A stretch of DNA of 54,140 nucleotides, counting the filler, from Bipalium vagum (lineage: Eukaryota), in assembly GCA_037834085.1 (NCBI GenBank). It is 2 parts of 2 records of this genome, joined end to end, with 100 filler letters (N's around TTAATTAATTAA, not from the genome) between each part and the next. Parts side by side here need not be neighbours in the genome. Positions count along the whole stretch, not along the records: positions 1 to 27,227 come from JBBMKC010100244.1; positions 27,328 to 54,140 come from JBBMKC010127479.1. The stretch is one strand, 5' to 3'. The position numbers were made by a program, and so were the translations under genes. This document shows positions 26,076 to 37,561 of this stretch, one piece after another; the stretch's first letter is position 1; the number at the start of each line of letters is the position of its first letter. Below the pieces are notes generated by a model. The model was not told the DNA's origin. It searched no databases and was given only the letters and a program-made list of their open reading frames with translations.

Positions 26076-26735
26076 ACTTATATCTATGAATTTCACAAAA
26101 TAATTATAATAATAATTATTACATTATGTATAATTAAAATGTATTTTTTCAAACTTTTATTTTTATCCACATTTAATGAAACATAAATAATCTTTTCCTT
26201 TTCTCTTTTCAATCTCTTTTCAAGCTCATATGAAATGTTATACCAACTGTGCAATATCATTAGCAGAATTGTCTTTGGGAATTTCGGCTTCTCAAAAATA
26301 TCTTCATTATGAAATCTTTTGATTTATTTTTGACTTAATTTGAGAATTTTCGTCCAATCATATTATGGGACATAACACCATACTTGGACCCTTTAAATCA
26401 ACAGGCGAAAATATACTCAGGACATTTAATAATTCCATTAGAATTAGTAACTCTGAACGATGGAAAAGTTAAAGGTATATGTCCAAGTTAAGAGGAACAC
26501 AGTTTCGAAATGAAGAGTCACTTAAAGCGTACCGGATCAAAGCATTAGGAAATGAGCTCAGTTTTTGAATTTTTTTATTGATCTTCTATTTTGTTTTATT
26601 GATTTTTATCTTATTCCTCTGAACAATGTTCTTAATTATTATTCTTAAGTTCTATAATTAAAAAAACCTTTTTGTTTTTTTTTCGATTTTAAAAAATGTT
26701 TTTTAAAATTTATCAAATAAAATTTTATTTATTAT

Positions 26736-26945
26736 AACAGACCTCTTTCGAGGAAAATGTGCTTCGTGCACCATTTTCTTCTTTTGATTTTGGATATTGA
26801 TTTGTTGTTGTTTGTTATTGAATTGTCTGCCTTCCCCGCTCGCTTGGATACGCCCTGAATGTATTAATAGAGAGGGGAAGGTAGTGGAGAGGAGAGAAAG
26901 AAAGATAAGGAGAAGAGTTAATTGTACATAAGATAATCAGAAATG
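26736..26945 (+). repeat. Dispersed repeat, inverted homolog of 34240-34450
   Basis: aacagacctctttcgaggaaaatgtgcttcgtgcaccattttc...gccttccccgctcgcttggata...gtacataagataatcaga aligns with the reverse complement of 34240-34450. Confidence 0.8.
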
Positions 26946-27227
26946 AAGCTATAGTAAGAAGTAACATTGATAATAGGAAATAAAAGATAATAATAATAAT
27001 AATAAGTTTTTTAGAATAATATAGTATGAAATAATATAAATATTGATAATTAGTTATTTTTGTTTTTATTTTTTATTTTATTTAAAGAAAAATTAATATT
27101 ACAATGCTGCTGTTCAAATGTTTCAGTTTTAAGTGTTCTTAAATTGACTCTTATAACAAAATATAAAAAGTATTGTAAAAAAACCATGAATTAGTGCAAA
27201 AACCTATATCTATCGATCGGCTTACAT

Positions 27228-27327
27228 NNNNNNNNNNNNNNNNNNNNNNNNNNNNNNNNNNNNNNNNNNNNTTAATTAATTAANNNNNNNNNNNNNNNNN
27301 NNNNNNNNNNNNNNNNNNNNNNNNNNN
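27228..27327. other. Assembly gap with artificial six-frame-stop linker
   Basis: 44 N + TTAATTAATTAA + 44 N = exactly 100 nt. Confidence 0.97.
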
Positions 27328-27865
27328 AATCAAGATAGCCATTATTCTTAAAAAATTTTTCTCTATTTATTTCCGTCTTTGGGTAAACATGGAATATTAA
27401 CCCCTGTTTTTGTTTTCATAGTAAAGTTTAGAAATACTGAAACTAATTAAACTTTGATTAATATCGACATTCAACTAGACCTACTGTAATTTAAACGTGA
27501 CTAAATTAAATATATATATAAAAAGTACGAATTAATTATTTAAACAAAGGATCTTTAATTTAAATATGATATTACACGAATATTGAATAATATTTTTTAA
27601 AAAATTTTGTGATATTAAACGGATTACGAAATAAAACAAGGTGATATTAAGCGATATACTTTTATTGATTGGCCTAATATTATTAATCAATATCATTTCG
27701 TCAAGGAAGCTTTTGTTGACGATAGTTCTTGTAATAAAAAGATTTTCTTTTATTCGAACTCGTCTCATTTCTTGTAAAAGATCTTCAATTTTAGTAATTT
27801 CTTTAATTATTTTTTTCTGTTTTTTGTGTTTTGGAAGGAGGATTTATTTTATTATTTATTAAAAA

Positions 27866-27936
27866 AATTATTATTATTATTTATTTATTATTTATTTTAT
27901 TATTATTTATTATTTATTTTATTTATTTATTTATTT
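27866..27936. repeat. (TTA/TTTA)n microsatellite
   Basis: ttattattatttatttattattattttat... run. Confidence 0.85.
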
Positions 27937-28319
27937 GTACCTAATAAAAATTTGTTACTAATTATTTTAATTAGTAATTACGATTTGATCTTAACTAAAA
28001 AATAAAAAATTCAAATATAAATTTGAAATTTTCATTAAATCTTGGTACACTTATTTTTGTTAAAATATACTTCAAAATGAAATGCTGAAACCAAGTAAAA
28101 ATTGTAAAATCGTCCAAGAATCTTCTTCATTTTTGTTTAACTCCATAAACTATTGATTTAAAAAAACCGAATTCAGTAATATTTTATTCAATTGTGCAAT
28201 AAAACAATAGAATCGAATAAAAACAATGAGTATATTGATAGATAAAAAAATAAAATGAAATAGAATAAAATTTGGAGTAATACAAAATAAAAAACTGTAA
28301 ACAAAAGTAGTTCAACTTC

Positions 28320-28661
28320 ACTAATTGTGGGATCCACTGGATTCCTGAACAGACGTGTCCATTTTCGACAAATTCGTTTACGGGCAAGATTCATTGAAGC
28401 AAATCACATTTAATCGCAACAAATTTGAAATAATATTTATGTATTCTCGTATATCTGTGGTTTCTCAGGTCTGTGAGCTCATTTATGGCCGACGTCAACC
28501 AATTGGAGCAACCAGAGCTGAAGTTCCTTTCACTTGTCCTCTTTAGGGCATCAAATTTTACCGAACAAGGCATCCAAATAGTGCTATCAAAAGAAACAAT
28601 TACTTATGAAGGCAGCATCGGGTGCATATTAAAAGGAAAAATAATTAAAAAGATTAATTAA
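28320..28661 (+). pseudogene. Gene-like remnant with a micro-intron
   Basis: DVSIFDKFVYGQDSLKQITFNRNKFEIIF, then a 28-nt gtattctc..ttctcag, then SVSSFMADVNQLEQPELK..; in-frame stop upstream; no family recognised. Confidence 0.3.
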
Positions 28662-29379
28662 ATCATTTTGGACAGAAGTAGTCTTTCAATAATCTTATAA
28701 ACTATTTAATAGAAAAATTTCAAAATTTTTAGTTAAAAATCTAATTGAATTTACTAATAACGTTAACATTGCCAAGATAAATCAGCCACCATTTAGTACT
28801 ATTTCTATAATCATTTAATTGATAATGAAAATAAATGATGCAATCAATAATTTTTATTAAAATGTCTTTTCAAAAATATAATTGTTTTTGACATCTCAGA
28901 AAATTTTCAATTTTTTATGGCGGGGTTTATGGCCAAAGTTTAATCATAAACATTTTCTAAGGGTTAGGTAACAACCATTTAAATAACTATAAATTCTGTA
29001 ATATTAATATTTATAATATAAAATAACCATAATGGTCGCTCGGTTTATTCTCGACTACCAAATTCATTAATCAAAAAATCGAAATCAATTTATTTAATCG
29101 ACTTCAAATTTAATTTAAATCAAAAAACGAAATTACTTTAATCGAGTCACTTTCAAATCAAAAATCAATTTATTTTGATCCTGTCACTTTATATAAAAAT
29201 TATATAAAAATTATATAAAAATTATCCAAAAAGAAAATCATAAAGATTTAACTTTCATATTTATCTTGGTTCCCAAAATACCAAAGCTTAATTCCCCTAA
29301 ATTCTATTTCTCGATTGATTTCCTTTTTCTTGTTAATCAAAAGTTTATTTTTTCTATTTTCTTGGGAAGGGTAGCTTAT

Positions 29380-29992
29380 GATTGCGTTATCATTTGATAT
29401 TATTAAGTCAATCTTTAAAGTTTAAAGTTGAATTTTGGAAAATCCCGCCAAGTGAAAGCAGTATTAGAGAGAACTATCACCGTTTTTGAGAAAATAAATC
29501 AGGAGAATATCGAGTCATTCTGGAAGACCAAAGGTTTTCAATGGAAATAAAGTTAACAGAGTTACCAAAATTTTTCAAAAAAATCCACAATGTATTGTAC
29601 CATCTGTTACAACCACCTGCTTCATTTCGCGAACAACTTTTTGAATTATGACAGGACAGTTTTCATTGAAATCTTATAAAGTGTATTTCACACAAGATTA
29701 CATGAAGATTTGCAACACAGAGTTAAAGTGGACAAATTTCGGATCTCGAATTTAGAAAATGCTGATATAAAAAATATTTCTTCTCAGATGAAGCATGGTT
29801 ATTTTATCTAAAGATTTAATAAAAAAAACGACAGATATTGGTCAGAAACACTAATCCATATATTAATTATGAAATCTCCGAAGATCAATATTTGGTGTGA
29901 TTTATAAAGAATCAGATTCGTCGGTTCTTATTTCGTTGATGATGAAACTGTTAGCCGTCAAAATTATCTGTCAATGCTTCAAGACTATTTTA
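29380..29992 (+). mobile_element. DD41D/rosa-like ITm transposase, 5' part (interrupted by mariner)
   Basis: FFSDEAW.., NKKNDRYWSE-NP, KSPKINIWC, FVGSYFVDDETVSRQNYLSMLQDYF, ending at the TA target site. Confidence 0.8.
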
Positions 29993-31236
29993 TTAGGTAA
30001 CCAATAAAGTTCGTGCGGTTTTTGCTCAAAAGATACAAAGATTTCTTAGAAAACACAAATAAAATATCAATCATCGAAATAATCACTGCCACACTTTATA
30101 ATATTCTTTGTCAACGTGTCACTAAATGTTGTATCTCGGTTTTGTAAAAATCTTTCGATTTGGAATCGAAAAAACTGCGGACCACATCGATAACACAATT
30201 TCGAGTTTGGATTTGCCGCTGCCTCATAAAATTGTCCAGAGATAAGAATAGATGGTAATCACTTGGGGAAATATCTGGAGAATAAGGTGGATGTGGTAAT
30301 GTTTCCCAGCCAAGCTCAGAAATTTTTTTATGAGTTAATCTTGCGATATGAGGCTTGGCGTTATCTTGTAAGAAGACACATTCTTTTGATTGATCAAAGA
30401 ATGTTGTTTCTGGATAAGTGCTGCTTCAAACAGATCACAATAGACTGCAGCGGTGATGGTTTGACCACATTCCAAGAATTCATAATGAATAATTCCGGCT
30501 GCTGTCCACCAAACACACAATACAATCTTTTTTGGATGTAAGGGGTTCTTTGAAGTATGCAGTATTGAAGGAATTGAGGATAACCAATGACGAGATCGCT
30601 TATTATTGCTGAATAATAGTCATTTTTCGACACTGGTTAATAATCGATCGAGAAAGGAGTCTTTTATATTTTGAACAAATGGCTTATTTTGTTGGATTCT
30701 GACAAATCATGTGGGACCCATTTGCTTAATTTCCACTTCTTCCTCAGCTGGTGAAGGTGAATCTGAATGGTTTTATCGCTCACATTGAACTTTTTTGCAA
30801 GTTCTAAGCACGTTAAAATTGAATTTACATCGATCACTACGTTGAGATTGTTGTTATCAATGACCGTCGGTCTTCCAGAACGTGCTTCATCGGTTAGGCT
30901 GAAATCCCCCAATGAAAATTTTGAAACCACTTTTGTGCTGCACGATTGCTTACAGCATCATCTCCGAATGCCCTACATGTTTTTCGCGCAGCTTCGGCAG
31001 CTTTCGTGCCAAGTTTGTATTCATAGAATAAACTACTTCGAATTAGCGCTTTTTGGGAGGCCATTTTGACTAAGTAATTGAACTTAAACAATCTTTTTTT
31101 AAAAAATCAATTGAAAGAAAAAATATTACCTAACCGAAATAATACAATATAAATAATTCCTATCAATAAGTATCAATAAAATCTATCATAATAAGCGGTA
31201 TTAAAAAAAACCACACGAACTTTATTGATTACCTAA
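29993..31236 (-). mobile_element. Full-length mariner element (1244 bp) with TIRs and TA TSD; transposase pseudogene ~30067-31064
   Basis: TIRs ttaggtaaccaataaagttcgtgcggttttt / ttaggtaatcaataaagttcgtgtggttttt, each flanked by TA. MASQKALIRSSLFYEYKLG.., KWVPHDL, MCVWWTAAGIIHYEFL, HPPYSPDISPSDYHLF; frameshifted. Confidence 0.97.
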
Positions 31237-31400
31237 TATTTTTGCAGTGAGAAAATTACACAAAGTATTTGTCTCTGATATTTCAGCAAGATGATGCGAC
31301 AGTATCTTAACGATAAATTTCCGAACAGAAAGATCTGACGAGGTGGTCCAATTCGATGGGTTTCATGTTCATCAGATTTAAAACCTATTTATGGGGACGA
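31237..31400 (+). mobile_element. DD41D/rosa-like transposase, 3' continuation
   Basis: IFQQDDA-RQYLNDKFPNRKI*RGGPIRWVSCSSDLKP..LWG resumes right after the mariner TIR. Confidence 0.8.
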
Positions 31401-31614
31401 GCTGGGCAACATAGGAAGGGGAGTTAGGGTTAGATTGCCAATTACAATTTGAGAATTAAATGAATGATAAAGAAAAGATCATGTATGAATACAATCTCTT
31501 TAAAGATAATGTTGGGTATCAGTTAATTGTTACCAATAGTTGACGTTTATAAATAAAATTACATTAATATAAAGTAACAAAAAATTAATTAAACTAGATA
31601 AAATTTAAATAGAA

Positions 31615-31860
31615 AAATTTATTTGATCATCATAAACTTTGAATGGTTTCTGACCGAGAAGTGTTGTTAATATCAAAGTCACCTTCAGGGAGTATTTTAA
31701 ATCCTGGTTGATACTGATGTTGTTGAAGACTTCTAAAGTTAATTTTGTCGCAAGGTTTCGAAAATAAAATAATAAAACTTGTCTAAAATGCATATTTCAA
31801 TCTTCCATTTCAAATTGTTGCTAAATGTGTGAAATTTAAACAAATAGTACAATTTTTACC
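31615..31860 (-). mobile_element. mariner 5' fragment, same family as 20990-22113
   Basis: MHFRQVLLFYFR..; nucleotide match aaaatgcatatttcaatcttccatttcaaattgttgctaaat vs aaaatgcatatcttcatattccatttcaaattattgctaaat (~21925). Confidence 0.8.
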
Positions 31861-33332
31861 AATCAACAGATTAAAAAGAATTATAAATGAATTTAGGTTT
31901 GCCTCTGCACAAATTCATCTCCTTATAAGTTTTAACATGATAAAGTAAATACTGACTAAAGATGAAAGTATGAACAAAAAATAAGTTTGTGTAATGCAAT
32001 AAAAGTTTCAATTTTCTTCGACGCACACGTTTTTATTAATAGAACCATGATTTTTTGTTGTATGTAATACAGAGATGATTTACAGGTAAACCATCTTTTA
32101 TGTCAAAGCTTAAGTAATCCAGGAGTAAGATAATTTAATTTTATTACCAAAATAATAAAATGTGTCTCCAAAATACATTTTTAACAGGTTTTACTTAAAA
32201 AAAATAATGTTATTGTTAATATTTAAATATAAACCAGGTACTCTATTCTCTGACTCACTATCTTTTATTATAGCTTGGTTAAACAAGATAACAAAAAAGA
32301 AAACTGATTTTCTAAACACCAACAAACAATTAATAATCGTACTCACCATAATTTTACTGGCCTAAAATACATAGACCATTTTTGGCCACACATTTCAATC
32401 AAATTAAGACAATACGCTACCAATAAAATATTAACAAGGAGAATAATGATAAAAAGTGTAATCAATAATTTAAATCAATAAACTATTGAATCAGATGAAA
32501 AAATAATAAATAAATAAATACCGTAGTATGAATTAAAATGAAAAATAAGATATAGAAATAATAAAAATGGAACAGTTCACCAACTGTGTGAGTCTTTCAT
32601 GTTCTTGGGTCAACAACGGTATCGCTCGATGGAAAACAGCAATGATGACTAACTGAATTTCAGTTATTCGCATAATTTTTTTGCTTTTGAATAACTTCAG
32701 GTCCCTGTACAATCACTTCACATTATCATAAAATAATTATCACTATGGGATGGCTTTCAGGTTCACTCTTTAATCACTTTAGAGCATTTTAAAATTCTTA
32801 TTAACATTGTAATCACTGTGGATTAGCTTCAAATATACTCTCTGATCAACATACGTGTTCTCCTTACATGGTTAGAAGTTATTAATTCGAGTTCCCAGAA
32901 CCGTTAATTCTTGCGATTTACCCTTCGTGGATGTTTCCTTTTACACGAACCAAAAATTAAGGATAATTTGTTTTATTTTTCTTCAATCCTCTATGGACAA
33001 AATCCATACAAAAAGCACATTTTGACGTAAAGAAAAATAATCCTGCTATGCCACTCAGACAAAAAATGAGTGTAATGAAATATGATATTTATTTAAACTG
33101 CATACTATTAATAATTATATTATAAATTAGTATTAATATAATAATTTAGAAAATGTTAAAGTGTTATAAAATATATCAGTATAATATCTTGAATATTATT
33201 ATTATATTGAATAATCACATTTTTAATACAAAAATATCTCATTTTATCTACATTTATCATTTTAAAATATTTCATTTAATATGTATAAATTTTATTATCT
33301 ACTTCTGTTATTATTATTATTATTATTATTAT

Positions 33333-33520
33333 TGGGTCGTCTCACATGAAATGGTGGTTTTTAAAATGTAACTAAACTAAATCAATAAGAGCTATGAAAC
33401 ACATTTTATTCATCAAAATATTTTCCATTGTTATCAATAAAATTCTACTATAGAGACAATAAATTAATTACTTGTTAAAAATAATCGTTACGTCCGATTG
33501 AAACTGGTCATCAATTTCAA
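33333..33520 (-). mobile_element. mariner 3' end remnant (TIR plus last codons)
   Basis: TA|ttgggtcgtctcacatgaaatggtggtttt terminus; minus strand IDNNGKYFDE*. Confidence 0.7.
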
Positions 33521-34239
33521 TGCTGAAGTTATTACTTTTAAATTTCTGAAAATATATTTCTCTGACACAACCATCACCATTTGTAAAACATACATATATT
33601 TCTTATTGTTGTTGATGCGTTAGGATGGAAGTTAAATTCATAAAGAATGCAAATTCGAATATGTTTTACAAACATGTTCTAAAAATCAAAAAATAACGTG
33701 TAATTTTAAATTGAACTGCTTACTTTTAGAATTATATGAAAAAGCAAACTTGGTCATTCAGTTTGGTATTATAAAAAATTCTAATATAATAATGGTAATA
33801 ATAAATAATAGTAGAAATAACAATGCTAATAGTTATGATAATAATAATAGGGATACTTAATATAATAATAAAAAAAATAATAAAAATAACATTAGTGCAA
33901 TGCTCTGTTCAAATGTACAAAGTTACAATTTTATTATTATTTTGTTCTTTTTTCTCGTTATGTAAGACAATTGTTGAATACTTTTGTTGAATAGGACTAA
34001 TAGATGGATTAGAAGTATAGATTACAGATTTTCTTTTATTTTATCCATCGGTATGTGAACCAATACATAGGTATAGTGTGTGTCTTTATTCTACTGTATT
34101 ATTGTTATTTTACTATCAACGCTTATCCGTATGAAAAATTTGAACAGAAGTACTGCCATAATAATTAAATATCTAAAATTTAATTAAAAATTAGTATCTC
34201 TTATTATATAATCTTAATAATATTATTTTTATTTTTTAT

Positions 34240-34450
34240 TTCTGACAATCTTATGTACTGATCCCTCTCCTCTGTACCTATTTCTTTGTCTCTTCTGTAA
34301 TACCTTTCTCTCTCAATGAATACACATTTAAAAAATATCCAAATGAGCAGGGAAGGCAACGAAAGAATTTAAAACACAATCCAATCTCAATATCAAAAAA
34401 AAGAGAAAATGATGCACGATGTACATTTTCCTTGATGGAGAGGATCTGTT
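34240..34450 (-). repeat. Dispersed repeat, inverted homolog of 26736-26945
   Basis: Same alignment as the partner copy; shared purine-rich block and GC-richer core. Confidence 0.8.
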
Positions 34451-34918
34451 AAATTAAATATATTTTTATAAAACAATTACTATGATAAAAATTGATTGAT
34501 TAACAAATCGTTGAAATAATAAAACTAAAATGATTTCAAATTGGAAATGCTAATATTATATAATATATGTAGATCCTTTTAATAGCTCATTTAAATTTTT
34601 ATTATTACTTTTATTTAGTTATTATCCATTTTATTTAAGTGATCTCAACATAAATATGATCAGGCAAGAAAGAAAATACATTTCACACTTTAATAAGTTG
34701 ATTTTTAATGTTTAATAAAGACAATTTTTACCAGATTAATAAAAGGGATAAATTTCCTCCTCGGTTACTCAGAAAAACACAATTACAAGTCCAAAATAGT
34801 CGTGTTCTTTGTTTCTTTAAAATATTTCATCGTCTTTCTTTCCACACTAAGATGGGTTTAAAATCTGACAAAGAAAGTACATTAAAACCACGTTTCCTTT
34901 AATTACTTACAACTTTAC

Positions 34919-35594
34919 CTGATGTCTTTTTAAAGAGATATCCAAACACATCAAATTCACATAAGTTAATTGCATCTTCCGCATAGTCTTTGGATAAAAC
35001 CGAAGTCTTGGCAACCTAAATAATTATATTATTTATTAATGCCTAGTGATAACTATTAGTCTTGTAAAGCTCAATTGAGTGATTGATTCTCCATTTAGAG
35101 AAGATCCACGAAAGCAGTATGAGAAATGAAAAGATGTGTTCATGGAAACGTGTTTTCACTCGTATTGGTGCCGTAAATGTACAGAAAGCTTGTTTGATGA
35201 TGTTCTAAAAAAATCCAGTTAAGTTTATTTTTTATTCGATTATAAATTCTGACTTTAGTAATAACGTGCACAATGTCAAGATCAATGAGCCACTATTTAG
35301 TGGAATGTCTTCCACAGATGTGATAACACGAATCTGTGTATATAAATTCAATAAAAATAACTAATTCATAAATAAAACTATTAAGCACATAGTTGTCATA
35401 ATTTCCATCTACAGCCTGAGAGGAGTTCCAATTTAACTGATGTTTTGATTGAAATATAAATTAGTCGACAATGTAGCTTTGTTTCTCGATATATGGTAGT
35501 CTGAAAAATAAAGTTCAATATGATATAAAATATCCGTTACACTGATTTGTCCAATCACGTAAAACAAAATAATGCTCACTAAAAGATGTAGCAT
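34919..35594 (-). pseudogene. F-type lectin (fucolectin/FTP domain) pseudogene with signal peptide and micro-introns
   Basis: MLHLLVSIILFYVIGQI signal peptide; ISRNKATLS; WNSSQAVDGNYDNYVLN|NSCYH (45-nt intron 35334-35378); K*WLIDLDIVHVITKVRIYNR; C-terminal INLCEFDVFG. These match FTP motifs (AVDGN, SCTHT, WW.VDL, I.NR, LCEV.V.G). One TAG and at least two frameshifts. Confidence 0.8.
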
Positions 35595-36142
35595 TGAGAT
35601 GAAATTCTTTTTCAATCTTTCTTAAATATGAAAATTCAGTTCATTAAACAGTCACATAAATTAATTGAAGATATTTCCTATATATCTCTTTAATGTGCTT
35701 GCGATGAATGTAGCCATACAAGAGACAATCAAAGTTATTTGCAGATGCTTTGCAAAGTTTGACTCGGCTCAATATGGATAATGTTTATGTTCTTCCTTTA
35801 ATTTATTTTTTCTATTTCTTTGTATTTATATTTAACTCTTAAATTTGTTGGGTACACATGAAATAACTGTGTTCCACGAATGTTGTCCTAGTATACTAGA
35901 TCACCTGTCAATCTTAGAGTCGAACAAAATCTCTGGCAAAATAAAACATGATACTGACTGAAAAACTACTTGTTGTTTTTACCATGATTTAGTCTTTTCT
36001 TAATGAATGAAAATTTCAGTCTGCAAGTTCCTTTTAATTTATAAATAGGTTTATTAATACCGAATTTCATTTCAAATTATCGTTTATATCGATCAGTAAA
36101 TTTTTAGTTATTGTTACTGTGAGATAAATTGAAAATTGGTTT

Positions 36143-36215
36143 GGGGATGTAGCTCAGCGGTTAGAGCAGTCCATGCGCATGTGAAAGGTCCCGGATTCGA
36201 ATTCCAGAATCTCCA
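36143..36215 (+). tRNA. tRNA-Ala(CGC)-like, probably a pseudogene
   Basis: 73 nt: GGGGATG TA GCTC AGCGGTTA GAGC A GTCCA TGCGCAT GTGAA AGGTC CCGGA TTCGAAT TCCAG AATCTCC A. Has G3:U70, A/B boxes and a following TTTT. Anticodon stem mostly unpaired, G at position 33, one mismatch each in the acceptor and T stems. Confidence 0.85.
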
Positions 36216-36794
36216 TTTTCAACTAACAGTCTCAAATCACCAATAAAATTTCAAACAACCTTTAATTTAAAAATGAACGAGTGTCTTTTATTCCGAAATT
36301 CAAAATCTATCTATTTTTTTAAATTGTTAATATTTTAATATCAACCAATCAAGTTAATATAAATATTCTAACTCAAAAATCTAATAGTTGAGTTCACAAC
36401 TCTTATATAAATTAGTAATTATAAAACTTTATTTAATCGACAAACACACAACGATGATCAAAATCAATAATATGTTAAATGTCAATACAAAAATATCAAT
36501 TTCTTGATTATATAGATCTTTAGCAGAAATGTTCAATGTCTGATAATGTTAATTAGTAATCAATGAAATCAATCTCATTTATCGATTCAATCACCTTTTG
36601 ATTGATCTCTAAAAATTCGAAATTATCAGTACGTGATAAATAAAAGTAGGTAAATAATAATAATAATAACACAAAATGTTATGACAGTAGTGCCAATTAC
36701 AATTTTTAACAAATAAATTTTTTTCATAAAAGATATGCAATAAAATGAAGGATTCAAAATTGATCAAGTTATTCATAATTGACACTTTTTTTAG

Positions 36795-36900
36795 TCATCA
36801 GACCTTTAGTCTTGTCGATTCCTTTTGTTTATGAAGTTAATTTATGTGAATTCGATGTGTTTGGATATCTCTTTCAAAATACGTTCATATTGAGTTATAG
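36795..36900 (+). pseudogene. Orphan exon paralogous to the F-type lectin 3' exon
   Basis: ttag|..IRPLVLSIPFVYEVNLCEFDVFGYLFQNT..|gtaatt; 34/36 nt identical to the minus-strand NLCEFDVFGYLF exon at ~34930-34970. Confidence 0.75.
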
Positions 36901-37188
36901 GTAATTAGTGGAAACATTACTTATTTAAAAATACGATCCAATTATATGGAGAAATTAAAGATCACGACATTTTCAAGGTGAAAAGGCTTAGTTCATCTTA
37001 AAATGTAAATGTGTATCAAAAATCAAGAATTGTTTTTCCTGGACATGGAGCTCAAATAAGAGCTTTTTTCTATTTAATAATGAAAGAGGGAATTATTTTC
37101 TTTTCTTATCAGAACTACCGAAAGTTCCGAAGTTGTTAAGACATTGTCTTATAAATCGAGTATGAAGTTTTTTTGAAAGAAAAGGAAA

Positions 37189-37561
37189 TCAAATTATAAG
37201 GCTAATAAGACGTCCACTTCTTTCATGGTCATTGAGGTTGAAGTCACCAGACCTGAATCTGGCAAACCATTCTTGTGCTTGTCGAATATTAATGGGTCCC
37301 TTATTTATGTCATTAATATTAGCGGCAGCTAGTGTGGCCGTAGATCCACGGAGATATTCGTACAGGAGCCAATTTCGGATATTTTTGCTTAGTCGGGACA
37401 TATGTAGCCACTGAATTATAAAAATTATAATCTAAAAAATAAATATGATTTCTTATGCTTCAAATATTTCTATATCAATATTATTAAAACAACAACATTA
37501 TCAATATTTAGCGATTAATTTTAACAATTAGGAAAAGGAGGTTACTTTCTGACTCACTTAA
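37189..37561 (-). mobile_element. mariner 5' fragment with left TIR
   Basis: MSRLSKNIRNWLLYEYLRGSTATLAAANIN..RQAQEWFARFRSGDFNLNDHERSGR; terminus TA|ttaagtgagtcagaaagtaac. Confidence 0.9.

Noticed and set aside
30263-31069. Plus-strand ORFs 30263-30541 and 30767-31069 (also 37232-37414 and 2097-2279)
   Set aside because: Antisense shadows of mariner transposase sequence.
31424-31434. Telomeric TTAGGG-like sequence (also ~28960)
   Set aside because: Fewer than two full units; not an array.
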